A stretch of DNA of 51,065 nt from Callorhinchus milii (GCF_018977255.1 NW_024705371.1:1-51065); one strand, 5' to 3'; positions 26,794 through 38,580 are shown, counted from the stretch's first letter. Program-made: numbers and translations. The notes: generated from the sequence alone by a model not told the origin.

Positions 26794-27000
26794 TTTTACC
26801 AGGTAAGGCATACTGAGCTGTGCAGCTCTTTAGGCTCTAGATGTGCGACGTTGATTCTAAATGAGGGAAAATCTGGGAGACCCGGAGAAAAATATATGTG
26901 ACCATGGGGAGAAAATGCAAACTCCAAATATGAATGCGTCAGGATCGAACCCACAACCTCCTGTATATCAGGCGCAGTAATTTATATCTTCTAGCCACCA
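26794..27000 (-). mobile_element. V-SINE-like element (family B), internally deleted
   Basis: TTTTACCAGGTAAGGCATACTGAGCTG ... GGGGAGAAAATGCAAACTCCA ... GGATCGAACCC. Confidence 0.8.
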
Positions 27001-27254
27001 CTTACCAGTCGCTGGGATACATTTTGTTCACTTTGTGGTTTTTCAGCACTTTCGCATTTCCGTGAACCTGAAACGCATCACACGTGCGTGCACACACGCA
27101 ATACTATAATCTCAGACCGGCCTTCACAACATCGTCACTCTACGCAGGTACACAAGTGTTGCACACAGGGTACACAGGTAAACAAAGGTAGCCACCCAAT
27201 CTGAAGGACCTTCCTTCCTAACAAAATTTGTCCCAAGCACAGGTGTACAGTAAC

Positions 27255-27548
27255 AAAAGGCAAAGATCCCTCATGTAGCCTTAATAGACTGTTGGGGCAA
27301 GTGCTATTATAGCGAGCGCCTCTGAAGGCCAGCACAGAACAAAGGGGTGGGTGGCCAACATTACGCCCGGCCGCCTTTGTCTCCCTAGTGGTAATGTTTA
27401 CACACTGCACTGGAGGCTGAGTAGACCTAGGGGAGGCCCAGGACCGGTTGAGATAATTGTCACTGGTGGTGACCGTGAATAGCAATCGAACTCAAGTCGC
27501 CGGGTACGGAGCGCAGCGCGCTAACCGCTTACACGGAATGCTCGCCAC
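27255..27548 (-). mobile_element. tRNA-derived SINE (family A)
   Basis: GGCTGAGTAGACCTAGGGAGGCCCAGGACCGGTTGAGATAATT and ATCGAACTC/CTAACCGC are reverse complements of the 9545 copy. Confidence 0.8.
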
Positions 27549-27908
27549 ATTAAAAGTACACAGTAACACATACACCACATACATACACACCGTGACTGTC
27601 AACTCCTATAAAACATTCACCGCCACTTAAACCTTACTCCTTCATTTTCATTCCCAGTTTTATTACATTATTATCGAATAATCTATCTTTATGCAATCTC
27701 AGACTTGTGCAAAAATAAGAGTTTAGGTGATGCCCACTCACACAGGAGTCTTGACTGAGTTTGTGTTGTTTGTACAAATTTCGCCTGAAAAAGTTTAAAT
27801 ACATCCAAGCTAACTGCAAATAGGCAATATCTGGGGAACACACATTGAGGTTGGGTACATGGAGCCAACAGCAATATAGAGCAGAGACATTCTGATTGAC
27901 CACGTAGA

Positions 27909-27987
27909 TTTCGATTTAAAGCTTTCGTGACTGCAGGGATTCATCTTCTTGGTTTTTTCGGTGACTTTACCGAAAAAACCAAGAAGA
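27909..27987. mobile_element. 79-bp palindromic PLE family A terminal insertion
   Basis: PLE 3' tail plus inverted partial copy forming a ~22-bp perfect stem; TGACCACGTAGA duplicated at 27897-27908 and 27988-27999. Confidence 0.85.
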
Positions 27988-28094
27988 TGACCACGTAGAC
28001 TTCGGAAATTTACCAAGCAGGAGTAGATTACTTTAAAAGAGCAAATGGCTTAGAACAGACACCTACATACAGAACACAATTACAACTTGTACAG

Positions 28095-28239
28095 CATCTA
28101 AATATGTAGCAGGCTTTCACAACCAATATTATTCATAAGAGTTTTTTTTGGCTTAGATTGCGTAAATATAAACGTTTCGTTAAACCCGCCACCACTCGCC
28201 TGATGAGGCTGGTTGTTGTAATTACGGTGAAACATACTC
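28095..28239. mobile_element. PLE family C terminal repeat, left part (inverted tail plus hammerhead motif)
   Basis: 28095-28195 is the reverse complement of the tail seen at 41095-41180; CTGATGA-GGCTG..CGGT-GAAAC at 28200-28233. Confidence 0.65.
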
Positions 28240-28333
28240 TTTAGTTCTTTCGGTAAAGTCACGTAGGTATAAAATGAAAAATAAATTAAAAATAAATTCA
28301 AATAAAAAACAGAATCAAAATAAATCAAATAAC

Positions 28334-28368
28334 GACGTTTCGGAAGCAACACAAGCCTCCGTCATCAG
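28334..28368 (-). ncRNA. minimal hammerhead ribozyme in PLE 3' region
   Basis: CUGAUGA-CGGAGGC-UUGUGUU-GCUUCC-GAAAC-GUC. Confidence 0.7.
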
Positions 28369-28694
28369 GTGGGATAGCCACAGCAAGAAATAATTTGCTG
28401 TAGTGGACAGGAGCTGCTCATAACAAGATATTATATAATGCAAGAGGGGGGAGGAGCCAGGGGGGAGAGAAGTAGAGGGTGGGGGGGTGGAGGAGGAGAG
28501 GAGGGTTGAGTGAGCATCAGCCACCAAGTACTCAACACGGCTGGGGGGGGGAGTAGGGGGGGGGGCAAGGATCAGCAACCTGGTCAACAGCACCGCCAGT
28601 GTGACACAATGCAGAGTGGTGCACTGAGCGGGTCTGGGGGGTGGAGTAGAGTGTTGAGACTGGAGATACGGGTATGAAAGAAACTATAAAGCAA

Positions 28695-29416
28695 CTAAGA
28701 TTTTACCTGGTTAATAACATTCTTCCAATGATTGCTCAATTTGAATCCATCCTCTTAGTTGAAGGTATGTCTGTGATTATACATCTGGATGGCTTCATGA
28801 ACAAATCTTTGATAGTAGCCTGACGATTTGCAGAGTACCTTGGTCTCGAAAAAAAACAATATCATAAGAGCCCACAGCGTTGTAGCAGTGATCAGCTACG
28901 GCGGAAGAACCAGTTCTGCCATGTTTCAAATCCGCCTTGTGCTCGCGAATACGGTCCAATACATGTCGTTTCGTTTCCCTAATGTAACAATCGCCACAAA
29001 TGCAACTGAGTTTGTAGACTTCAGATTATTGCAAGTCAGGAATAACATCCTTTACGGATGGGATTAGATCACGGATTTTGTGTACTGTACTGAATCGGAC
29101 CTGGATCTTGTGCTTGTTTAAGATTTTGGAAATCTTTTTGGTAACGCCTGCTATGTATGGTAACGTGATGGTTTTAATCAGTCTCAAGGGGTTGTTTCTC
29201 CATGGTTGGAGAAACAGCTTTGCGGATAATAAGGTCCGAATATCAATTCATCTTAAGGGCCTGGTGTACGAGTTCCAATTCACTGGCTAGGTGGTGTTGG
29301 TCAGAAATGCAGTGGGCCCTATGGTGTAGTGTTTTGATGGGGGAATTCTTCTGTGCCGAATGGTGGTGGGAATCAGGTTTCAGATAGGAATCTGTGTGGG
29401 TGGCTTTCCTGTAGAC
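28695..29416 (-). pseudogene. PLE ORF C-terminal part (RT thumb plus GIY-YIG endonuclease)
   Basis: VYRKATHTDSYL..DSHH, EVYKLSCICGDCYIRETKR..DRIREH..., SAVADHC, FN*EDGFKLSNHWKNVI; stops and frameshifts. Confidence 0.88.
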
Positions 29417-32400
29417 CAGGGGTCTCAAACTCGCGGCCCGCGGGCCAATTGCGGCCCTCGGGACGATATTTTGTGGCCCCCACCTTAATATGAAAGTTTA
29501 ATGTTAGTGCGGCCCACGAGTTTTATATTGTAGCAACCCTGCTGTGAGCTGCTGTCTGGGACAATGTTATGATGTTCTGGTTTCCTACTGTGTGCCTGTC
29601 CAGTGAATGCGGCATGCATGTGAGTGACATGGGGGCGGGGTCGTGTGTGTGTGTGTGTGTGTGAGAGTGAGTGAGAGAGAGAGAGCCGGGAGAGAAAAGA
29701 GTGGCTTTGGATGTGCGGAGAGCAGGAGGGTGAAATTCATAGTTTTCCGTCCTCTTTCGCGCAGGTCATGATGTATCCAGTGCTTCATTTGTAAATCACA
29801 AGGTGCCGGAACGCTAAGTACATATGACAGTGCAGGTACGACGAGCACAGGTCCCGGAACGCACATAAAACGACGCTTAAAACAGCACACACATGCCACT
29901 TACAATGCAGTGGGACTTATTTAGGCTATACTGCAGTGACGGTATCAGTCTTTGTGTCAGTGATTAATAAAGTGGCATCTTGAGCAAAGGCGACTTCTGT
30001 GTCCAGCGGAGAAAACGAACGGAACACACACACACGTCATTGAGCTAATATCTACATTTTACAGTCTGGGCTGTTTTACATTATTATTTACACCTGATAT
30101 GTGTGGATGAATTTTAATGATTTAAATTCCCTCATCCTCTGGTGGTGACATTTACGCACCGAGCCACAGACTGTACATGACGATGTGCATAATTATTTTG
30201 GTTCATCTTAGAAGTCTGCATTTGTTATTATTTTATGAAATTGTGATGCTGTTGTTAAGAAAGCTTTATATATAACTTATTAGATTATCTTGTTATTGCG
30301 TGGCCACAAATTAGTAATTCATCCACCGATGTCAACAGGGGCTCCGTAATTTTCTAGTGATTACATTATATTGTTATATTTTATTTTAATCATTTCTTTA
30401 AAAACTTTTTTTAATATTCATATTTTTTTCGATACGAGAGGTACCGGATCTGCTCAAATAAGTCCCGGAACGCAGGCAAGCCAACACGCCGGCACAAAGT
30501 AAGCACAAAAATGTATAGAAAAATGTGATGATGTGACTGAAGGCAGCGAAAGCCCCGACAGTGGCCAGCAGCATTTGAACCCCGTGGTCACACAATGACG
30601 CTGCCTCATATAGTCCTCTCCTCTCCCTCTTTCGGCTCTCCACTGTGCGCGCACCGGAGCGCGTCAAAGCGCAGATCCACAGCTCATCCCGGCTCAGATC
30701 CCCGTGCTTTGAACAGAGAAGCGTGTATAGTAGCAGCCGCTACAGCTGTGTCTGCCTGTGACTGGGGTGTGGGGACGAAATCTGATGGGAACGCATTACC
30801 CCCCCCCCCATAATCTACGCACCTGTTGTTACCGGAAAAAGCGGAAATGACGTGCATTTGCGGAAATTACGTCTCCGTGCGTCGCTGGTTGGCTAAACAC
30901 TTGACTGAAACTTTATTGCGTGAGCGACAGCAAGTGGAATGAATATATATTGTCACACAGCCCCAATCATGTCTTTTTCAAAGCCTGCAGTGAAGAGAAA
31001 GGTTGGTGACGAGCACAGACAATTTCAGGAAAAGTGGGAGATGCAATATTTCTTTGTTGAGCACATGAGCACCCCGACGTGTCTTATTTGTACAGAAAAA
31101 GTTGCGGTGCACAAGGAATACAACCTCAAACGTCATTACTCAACTAGACATGCTGAGGAGTATGCAAAATACCAGGGAGATGAGAGAGCCAACCGGGTTG
31201 CCAATCTTAAAACATGTCTACTGAGGCAACAAAATGTCTTCAAGAAAGCAACCAAAGAGAATAATGCAGCAGTCGAAGTAAGCTACGTGGTTAGTGAGAT
31301 GATTGCTAAGGCAGGAAAGCCATTCACAGAAGGCGAGTTTATCAAAAAGTGCATCTTACAGGCTGCAAGTATAGTCTGTCCGGAAAAGAAAGGTCAGTTT
31401 AGCAACATCAGCCTTTCTGCTAACACCGTGGCAGAGCGCATTTCTGACCTGTCAAGTGACATTTATGATCAACTGCGTGAGAAAGCCAAATTTTTCAATG
31501 CATACTCAGTCGCTCTTGACGAGAGTTCAGACATCACTGACACTGCCCAGCTCACAATATATGTCCGTGGTGTTGATGACAATTTTGAAGTGATGGAGGA
31601 GTTGCTCACAGTAATTCCAATGCATGGCCACACCACCGCTCAGGAGATATTTTGCCAGCTGTGTGATGCCATTGTGAATGCCGGTTTGCCATGGAAGAAG
31701 TTTGTTGGAATAACAACCGACGGAGCGCCATCAATGACAGGGAGGAGAAATGGACTGGTGGCACTTGTTCAAAGAAAACTAGAAGAGGAGGGTGTGGAGG
31801 AGGCCATTGCTCTGCACTGCATCATCCATCAGCAGGCCCTTTGCAGCAAATGCCTGAAGTTTGACAATGTGATGTCTGTTGTTGTGAAATGCATCAACCA
31901 AATCAGATCCAGGGGCTTAAAGCACCGGATGTTCCGTACTTTTTTAGAGGAAATGGAGTCAGAATATGAGGATGTGCTCTACTTCACCGAGGTACGTTGG
32001 CTCAGCAGGGGAAACGTCTTGAAGAGATTTTTTGAGTTGAGAGCAGAAGTGAAAGCCTTCATGGAGAAGGATGGGGTGGCTGTTCCTGTGCTAAGTGATC
32101 CCAAATGGCTCATGGACTTAGCTTTTCTTGTTGACATCACGCATGAGCTGAATGTACTGAACAAGAAGTTACAAGGCCAGGGGCAGCTCGTCAGTGCTGC
32201 CTATGACAACGTGAGAGCATTCTCCACAAAACTTGTGTTATGGAAAGCCCAGCTCTCTCAGACAAACCTTTGCCATTTCCCAGCATGCAAGGCACTCCTG
32301 AATGCAGGCACACCATTCAGTGGTGAGAAGTATGTTGATGCCATTTTGAGGCTACAGGAGGAATTTGATCACAGATTTGCAGACTTCAAGACGCACAGAG

Positions 32401-33015
32401 CCACTTTTCAAATTTTTGCGGATCCCTTCTCCTTTGATGTGCAAGATGCCCCTCCTGTGCTTCAAATGGAGCTCATTGACCTGCAGTGCAACTCTGACCT
32501 CAAAGCCAAGTTCAGGGAGGTGAGTGGAAAAGAAAAGCTTGGGCAATTTTTGCGAGAATTGAACCCCAGCTTCCCTGAGCTTTCCCGAATGTTCAAGCGG
32601 ACCATGTGCCTTTTTGGGAGCACATATTTGTGTGAAAAGCTCTTCTCCACCTTGAACTTCAATAAGTCCAAGTACAGGTCCAGACTTACTGATGATCATC
32701 TTCAAGCCATACTGAGGGTCTCAACTGCTTCCTCCCTCAAGCCAAATGTGGCTCAGCTATGTGAGAGGAAGCGCTGCCAGGTCTCTGGCAGCAAGAAGTA
32801 GGCAAGAGAAGCCATGTTCAGAAGAACCGTTCATGTTCTTCAATATTCTATTCATGTTCAGAAGAACCCATTGAAGTTAAATAACTGTTAGTAATGACAT
32901 TTGAGAAGTTTGGATTTTTTTAGCAAAGTTTTTTTCGTGGAATACCTGATGCGGCCCAGCCTCACCCAGATACTGCCTCCAGCGGCCCCCAGGTAATTTG
33001 AGTTTGAGACCCCTG
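29417..33015 (+). mobile_element. autonomous hAT transposon (Buster/SPIN/Charlie group)
   Basis: Perfect 16-bp TIR CAGGGGTCTCAAACTC; perfect 8-bp TSD CTGTAGAC (29409-29416, 33016-33023) with central TA; subterminal GCGGCCC repeats; open transposase ORF. Confidence 0.97.
30939..32801 (+). CDS. hAT transposase (GTF2IRD2/SPIN-like), 620 aa (610 aa from Met at 30969)
   Basis: Uninterrupted ORF with BED-like CLIC...HYSTRH, catalytic D (VALDESSD), D (ITTDGAPSM), CxxH (HCIIH), RW (EVRWLSRG), E (YLCEKLFS) and a C-terminal dimerization region. Confidence 0.96.
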   Translation: MNIYCHTAPIMSFSKPAVKRKVGDEHRQFQEKWEMQYFFVEHMSTPTCLICTEKVAVHKEYNLKRHYSTRHAEEYAKYQGDERANRVANLKTCLLRQQNVFKKATKENNAAVEVSYVVSEMIAKAGKPFTEGEFIKKCILQAASIVCPEKKGQFSNISLSANTVAERISDLSSDIYDQLREKAKFFNAYSVALDESSDITDTAQLTIYVRGVDDNFEVMEELLTVIPMHGHTTAQEIFCQLCDAIVNAGLPWKKFVGITTDGAPSMTGRRNGLVALVQRKLEEEGVEEAIALHCIIHQQALCSKCLKFDNVMSVVVKCINQIRSRGLKHRMFRTFLEEMESEYEDVLYFTEVRWLSRGNVLKRFFELRAEVKAFMEKDGVAVPVLSDPKWLMDLAFLVDITHELNVLNKKLQGQGQLVSAAYDNVRAFSTKLVLWKAQLSQTNLCHFPACKALLNAGTPFSGEKYVDAILRLQEEFDHRFADFKTHRATFQIFADPFSFDVQDAPPVLQMELIDLQCNSDLKAKFREVSGKEKLGQFLRELNPSFPELSRMFKRTMCLFGSTYLCEKLFSTLNFNKSKYRSRLTDDHLQAILRVSTASSLKPNVAQLCERKRCQVSGSKK

Positions 33016-34535
33016 CTGTAGACAGTGTCCAAGAAGCCATCAGGTTTCTTCTCAAACACAACATCCAGGAATGGTAGCTTACCATCCTTCTCCACTTCCA
33101 TGGTGAATTTGATGGATGGGTGTATGGAGTTAATGTGGTCGAGAAATTGGTTCAATGCTGGCAGGCCATGTGGCCAAATGACAAAAGTGTCATCCACATA
33201 CATCTTCCACAGGGAAGGATGTAGGGTGGATGTCTAGATGGCGTCAGTCTCAAATTTCTCCATGAAAACATTTGCTATCACCGGTGACAAGGGTGAACCC
33301 ATGGGGGTACCCTCATTTTGTTTGTAGAAAGTACCATTCCAGGTGAAGTACGTGTTGGTAAGGCAGTGCCTAACCAGAGCAGGAACATCAGGGTTCAGTC
33401 CATTGTGGACTAAGTCTTCAATTATTGCTATGGTGTCAGGCACCGGGACCTTGGTGAACAGAGAAACCACATCAAAGCTGACGAGGTAATCATCCGGAGA
33501 CAGTGAAATGTCCTTGATTAGAGAGACCAAGTGAGCTGAGTTATGTACTGCTGAGGTAGTCTTGCCAGTGTAAGGAAGCAAGGTATCGGACAGAAAACGG
33601 GCCAGCTTGTAGGTAGGTGAGTTGATCGTGGACACGATGGGCCGAAGTGGAGTGCCTTCTTTATGGATCTTGGGAAACCATAGAATCTGGGTGGTCGAGC
33701 AGCCGAAGGTTTTAGGAAGGGCCGTTTGACTGGTTCGATTAGAGAAGTCGAACTGGTAATGAAATTGTTGGTTTTAGTCGTCAGGCTGTTAGTAGAATCT
33801 TTGTTGATTTTGGAGTAGCTACCATCATTTAGACGGTCCTGGATTTTGTTGTTGTATGTGGTTTTATCCATGATGACAGTGGCATTGCCCTTGTCGCCCG
33901 AGAGGATGACTATGTCATCCCTCTTTTTCAAATTTGCGAGTTCAGAGCGCTCGTCTTTGCTGCTGTTGCTAATGTGTCCCAAGCCTTTGAGGGCTACATC
34001 GACCTGGGAGATTATATCATCCACTGGGATATGTTTGGTGGTAACTGCGAAATTCAGTCCCTTAGCTAGTACCGATTTAGGTTGTCAGAGATTGGGATGC
34101 TACTCTGATTGATGACAATCTTGTTAACATCTAACTTGTTAATGTGTGGATCTGGCTTCTCTTTGACAGGAGGTTGAATTTAGCGATCAAGTTAGCTTTA
34201 CATTTGGTTGACAATGAATTAGCAGAGGAGACTCATGTTATCAACACGGTCCCAATCAGAAGGGGATATTTTTTTCTGTTAATATTAAGTGTGATTGTAA
34301 GAGAGTCTTGTCTAAATTATCCAGCTCAAATCGGAGCAATTTTATTCTCTCTGAGATCAGTGACAGGCTAGCCTTAAACAAGATCCGTTTAGCGTGAGAA
34401 GAAGTGACAGCAGCAGAAGTGAGTGCAAATGCGAGAGGTATTACCTTGTTGTCGCGGTATCTCTTGAGGAAGGTTAGCGACTCGATTAGTTGTGCCTTTT
34501 TGTCCCGTTGTCTGTTAAAAGCTCTAACAGAACAG
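33016..34535 (-). pseudogene. PLE ORF N-terminal part and reverse transcriptase
   Basis: PPRFYG.PKIHK, LVSFDVVSLFTKVP, YKQNEGTPMGSPLSPVIANVFME, YVDDTFVIW, IKFTMEVE..GKLPFLDV; frameshifted. Confidence 0.93.
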
Positions 34536-34740
34536 TACTCGAATTGTAAATATTGTAGGTTTACTGTCAAACACAAGGTGTGCTGAACTAGTAACTAATC
34601 GACACATTTTGTTTAAGTGTCAAACTTTACTAACTGGCTGTGTCACCTGGTGGTGGCGGGTTTAACGACATTTACAATTCGAGTAACAGCGACGTTTTCG
34701 CCGGTAATTACAACAACCAGCTTCATCAAGCGACAGCCAA
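34536..34740. mobile_element. PLE family C terminal repeat, right part (sense tail plus inverted hammerhead motif)
   Basis: CTCGAATTGTAAAT...GGTGGCGGGTTTAACGAC matches 49623-49735. Minus strand 34691-34729 reads TTGATGA-AGCTGG..CCGGC-GAAAAC-GTC. Confidence 0.7.
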
Positions 34741-37312
34741 CTCTGGCTGTTTCGAGTCTGTGAAAGTGATCCGATTTGCAGCAAGCCTTGTGCAACGTTT
34801 GCCACAATTGAATGAAATAGAAACGGTGGATGACGCCTAGTACAGTATTCCATCGGGATGTTACGTGTGCCCTCACAACATTTAGATTGTTGTCCTAGTC
34901 GTGTTTAGTGTCTGTTTTAAAGTTTGTATGATGCTCTTTAGCAGTGAGAGAAATTATCAGGTATTTGGAAGTGACATGTGAAAAATGTGTAGGAGGGGGA
35001 TTTATACTGCAAATAAGGTGTTAGGCACACTCACTCCGGAGCGTATATACCTAAGTAGATTGCACCAAGAGGCCGTAAGTGCGCTGGATTGCAACTAGCA
35101 CGTCCGATCCCTAAGTGGTTTGTTTGTTTTTACCAGATAATATTGGTCGCAAAAGCCTATGCAGTTAAAGCACGTGATAATTACAAGGCGATTACCTTCT
35201 TAAAGCAGGAGTCGCAAAAGTCCTCTCGGCAATGCATGCAGGACAGGACGGCTTTCTGCCGCTCGCATTCGGCACAGCGCCTCTCCTTTCCAGCTGAAAT
35301 GCAGCCGACAACAGCAGCGGCAGCGATCCACACGTCAGTGAGTCAGTCGGTCAGTGGGGGTTCCTCGCTTGCCTGTCTACAAGGCAACACACTTTGGAGC
35401 CAACAGAACCGAAGAGTGAAAACCACCACTACCACCACACTGTTGATCAATCAGCCCTGTCCATTGTTTCCTTAAACCTCGATAGTTTTTCAAGTGCCTA
35501 ACATTTGTTTACTCCTATGAAATTGGCATGAATAAACATATAAATAGACAAAATAAAATATCCTACTATAGTTAGTGTATTTACCGTACTGTACTTAGCA
35601 CTCCAATCTCAAAGACTCTGCATGAATTGGAGGTGGCTATTCAGAGATTAAATCCAACTCAATCATCAGCTATAATGTAGGTTCACCGGATAAGCCCGGA
35701 ACCGCCGGATGTTGAAAACTGCATAATCGTACACCGGATAATCGATGTTTATTGTATTGCCAGAGCCTCATTAATTTAGGTTTTTAGAATGAGTGAAGCA
35801 GCCATGCATGATCTGGTGAGCTTACAATGGTAATCGTACTAGCGATAACAAAATAACTTATTGAGCTTGCACAAGTTTATTGTTTTTCACGACAAAATCA
35901 TAATACAACACGTAAAAAAGCTTCCCATGTATTTTTCATACTACCGCATCATATAGACATGCATCAACAACTCTATAAATAAAATGTGGTGACGTGTCAC
36001 GATCCCCCCACCACATGTACTGGTCAGGTTCAAGCGAACATCGTCCGGGATCCCCCGGGTCTCCCGGAGGGCTCCTCCTCCGTCCGTATGCAAGAGCTGA
36101 TGCGACTTCACTTGGCTCCTACCAAGGTTTTGTTTGGACCTGAGAGGCGTGGGGAGTGGGGGGGCGGAAGACAGTGAGTGGCACAAAGGGAGGAGTCGTG
36201 GTGCGCAACAACTCCACTTGAGATATTCAATTCTCCATTCACTCAGAATTAATCTCCTCCCATTATAGACTTACTTGATTTTAACCCGGTTGAAAGTAAC
36301 AGAAAATATACTAAACAAAGTAACTGGGTCACTCCTGCCTGCTAAACGGCGGTTTTACTCACAAAACAATGGCAGCATTCCTATCCTGATGATTCATTCC
36401 TATCTTTTCATATTCCCATCCTGATGATTCCGTGTGATCCAAAGCCTGCCTCCAGATCACACTTAGAACCTGAAATTACCACCACTAAGCAAGTGTCAAC
36501 AATTTTTTTTGTTTTTTTATGAATCTGTAGCTTCGTTACACAAAATCACAGTTTTTAGTGGTTGAATCGTTAACAAAAATATTATTTAAGGTTTAAAAGG
36601 TCAAAAGGCTCAGAAAAAATGGCATGGCTCTTTCAGAAAAAAACAGCCAGGGAGAAAGCGAGGTGTTTGGGAATACGATAGGTTCGCAGGATGAGAACGT
36701 GCCCTATTTCTTATGCCATTTGCCACAACATCAAAGCATCAACTAGCGACAGCATCTGAAGACGCTGTGCAATGAGGAATGATTACCCTCTTCCTTCAGC
36801 TCGCAAATCCTCAAGACTAGTTTTTCAAGTAGGTGCTGCTGCATTGGGGACGTTTGGCCAGTTAAACCAGTTTTTTTTATCATTACCGTGGGACACCGCA
36901 CCAGTATTTGTATGCTGCCACAACTCCAAGTGAATAGAAATCCAGAGGCAGCTGAGAAAAGCCACCGGCTCCAGGAATCCTGGTCACCATCTGCACCACG
37001 CCCGGGGCACAATCGCGGCACACAACCACATCAACACCACGTTAAAACAACTTAGGAGTGTCCTTTTCTGAACCAATCCGTAATGTGCGCAGCTCTCCCG
37101 ACTCCCATCAACTTCTTAAAAAAAAATTTAAACCTCTGACTCATGTTTGCAAGCGAGTGTGATATCTGAGTATGGGATAATGCTCATCACTCTCCTCTCC
37201 ACATTCATCCAAAATGTGCCCAGACTTAAAGTTAGTGGTTTAATCGGCAGTGGTGTAATTTACACAGCTGTCTACAGGAAAATCTCTGTATCCGGAATCC
37301 ATGATATCTGGG

Positions 37313-38580
37313 TTATACTGGTAGGAACGAAGTGGACCAGCCACCAATAGATTATTTCGTCCGTCCGTTTGTCCGTCCGTCCGTCCGTGTAGCAACATCG
37401 CCCCCTACTGCAAACACTTGGCATGACCCTACAAAAACCTTTAGACTCAGTGACGCTTTCCTGGCTAAACAAGTGTAACATTCCCTTATAATTCCCTCAG
37501 ATAGCTTTTAATTAAAACATTTAAATAAATTAGGCTTTCCTGGCTAAACACGTGTAACATTCCCTTATAATTCCCTGAGATAGCTTTTAATTGAAACTTT
37601 TAAATTAAATAAAAAAACTCACAGCGCCCTAAAGCCTACAGCTAGGCCTAAAGCCTAGAACTAGGCTTGAAACTCTCCCTTCGTATCGTACCCCCGCGTG
37701 TGTGAAAGGGAGTTAATGTTTAACAATGTTACATTCCCTGATGTTTTTTAATAGAAACATTTACATTTAAAGCTTTTACATAAATAATTAAAACATTTAT
37801 ATTAACAATTAACTCACGGCGGCCTAAAGCCTACAGCTAGGCCTAAAGCCTAGACTTAGGCCTGAAACTCTCCCTTCGTATCGTACCCCCGCGTGTGTGA
37901 AAGGGAGTTAATGTTTAACAATGTTACATTCCCTGATGTTTTTTAATAGAAACATTTAAATTTTAAGCTTTTACATTAATAATGAAAACATTTAAATTAA
38001 AAATTTACTCACAGCAGCCTAAAGACTACAGCTAGGCCTAAAGCCTTGAACTAGGCCTGAAACTCTCCCTTCGTATCGTACCCCCGCGTGTGTGAAAGGG
38101 AGTTAATGTTTAACAATGTTACATTCCCTGATGTTTTTTAATAGAAACATTTACATTTAAAGCTTTTACATTAAAAACAACTCCCTACCCCCCCCCCCCC
38201 CTCGTCGGCGGCTCTCCAGCCGAGAGCTCGGACAGGGAATCTCTCCCTCGCTTGGGGTGTATTGGGCGGGGCTACAGCGGCAGGGGCGGGGCTCTGCGGG
38301 GATGGACGGGGCAACGGCGGCAGGGGGCGTGGGCACGAGGTGGAGGGCGGGGCTACGCGGGGTTGGGGCGGGGTTACGGCGGTAAGGGGCGGGGCAACGA
38401 GCTGGGGGCGGGGACACCGAGATGGGGCGGGCCACGGGTGGCCGGGCGGGGTTACGCGGGTGGAGGGCGGGGCCACGTCGCATCCACTTATTGGCGGCCA
38501 TTTTTTGCCATTTCATTTTATCATAGCCATTCTATTCTTCGTTCCTACCAGCCCATCCCGCAGGGTCCTGTTATTTATGG
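37313..38580 (+). mobile_element. DINE/HINE-like non-autonomous Helentron derivative, copy 1
   Basis: TT at 5' end; subterminal repeat CTGGTAGGAACGAA with local hairpin partner ACCAG; (GTCC)n microsatellite; central tandem repeats; inverted subterminal copy TTCGTTCCTACCAG (38538-38551) then a short hairpin. Confidence 0.65.
37616..38175 (+). repeat. 195-bp tandem repeat, ~2.9 copies
   Basis: Units start at 37616, 37811 and 38006 (ACTCACAGC..CCTAAAGCCTACAGCTAGGCC...). A ~78-bp duplication precedes them (37455-37610). Confidence 0.92.

Larger units (their letters stand above)
28240..34535 (-). mobile_element. near full-length Penelope-like retroelement (family A), split by a hAT
   Basis: N-terminus LTFLKRYRDNKVIP, pre-RT DKGNATVIMD, RT motifs, GIY-YIG, and a 3' region with hammerhead and family A tail. 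Confidence 0.92.

Noticed and set aside
30939..32801. Domesticated host gene such as GTF2IRD2 or EPM2AIP1
   Set aside because: Intact TIRs and TSD and insertion inside a retroelement show it is a transposon; no gene symbol assigned.
32877..33203. 108-aa ORF as a standalone protein
   Set aside because: Chimeric: PLE RT up to DTVY, then read-through into the antisense hAT end.
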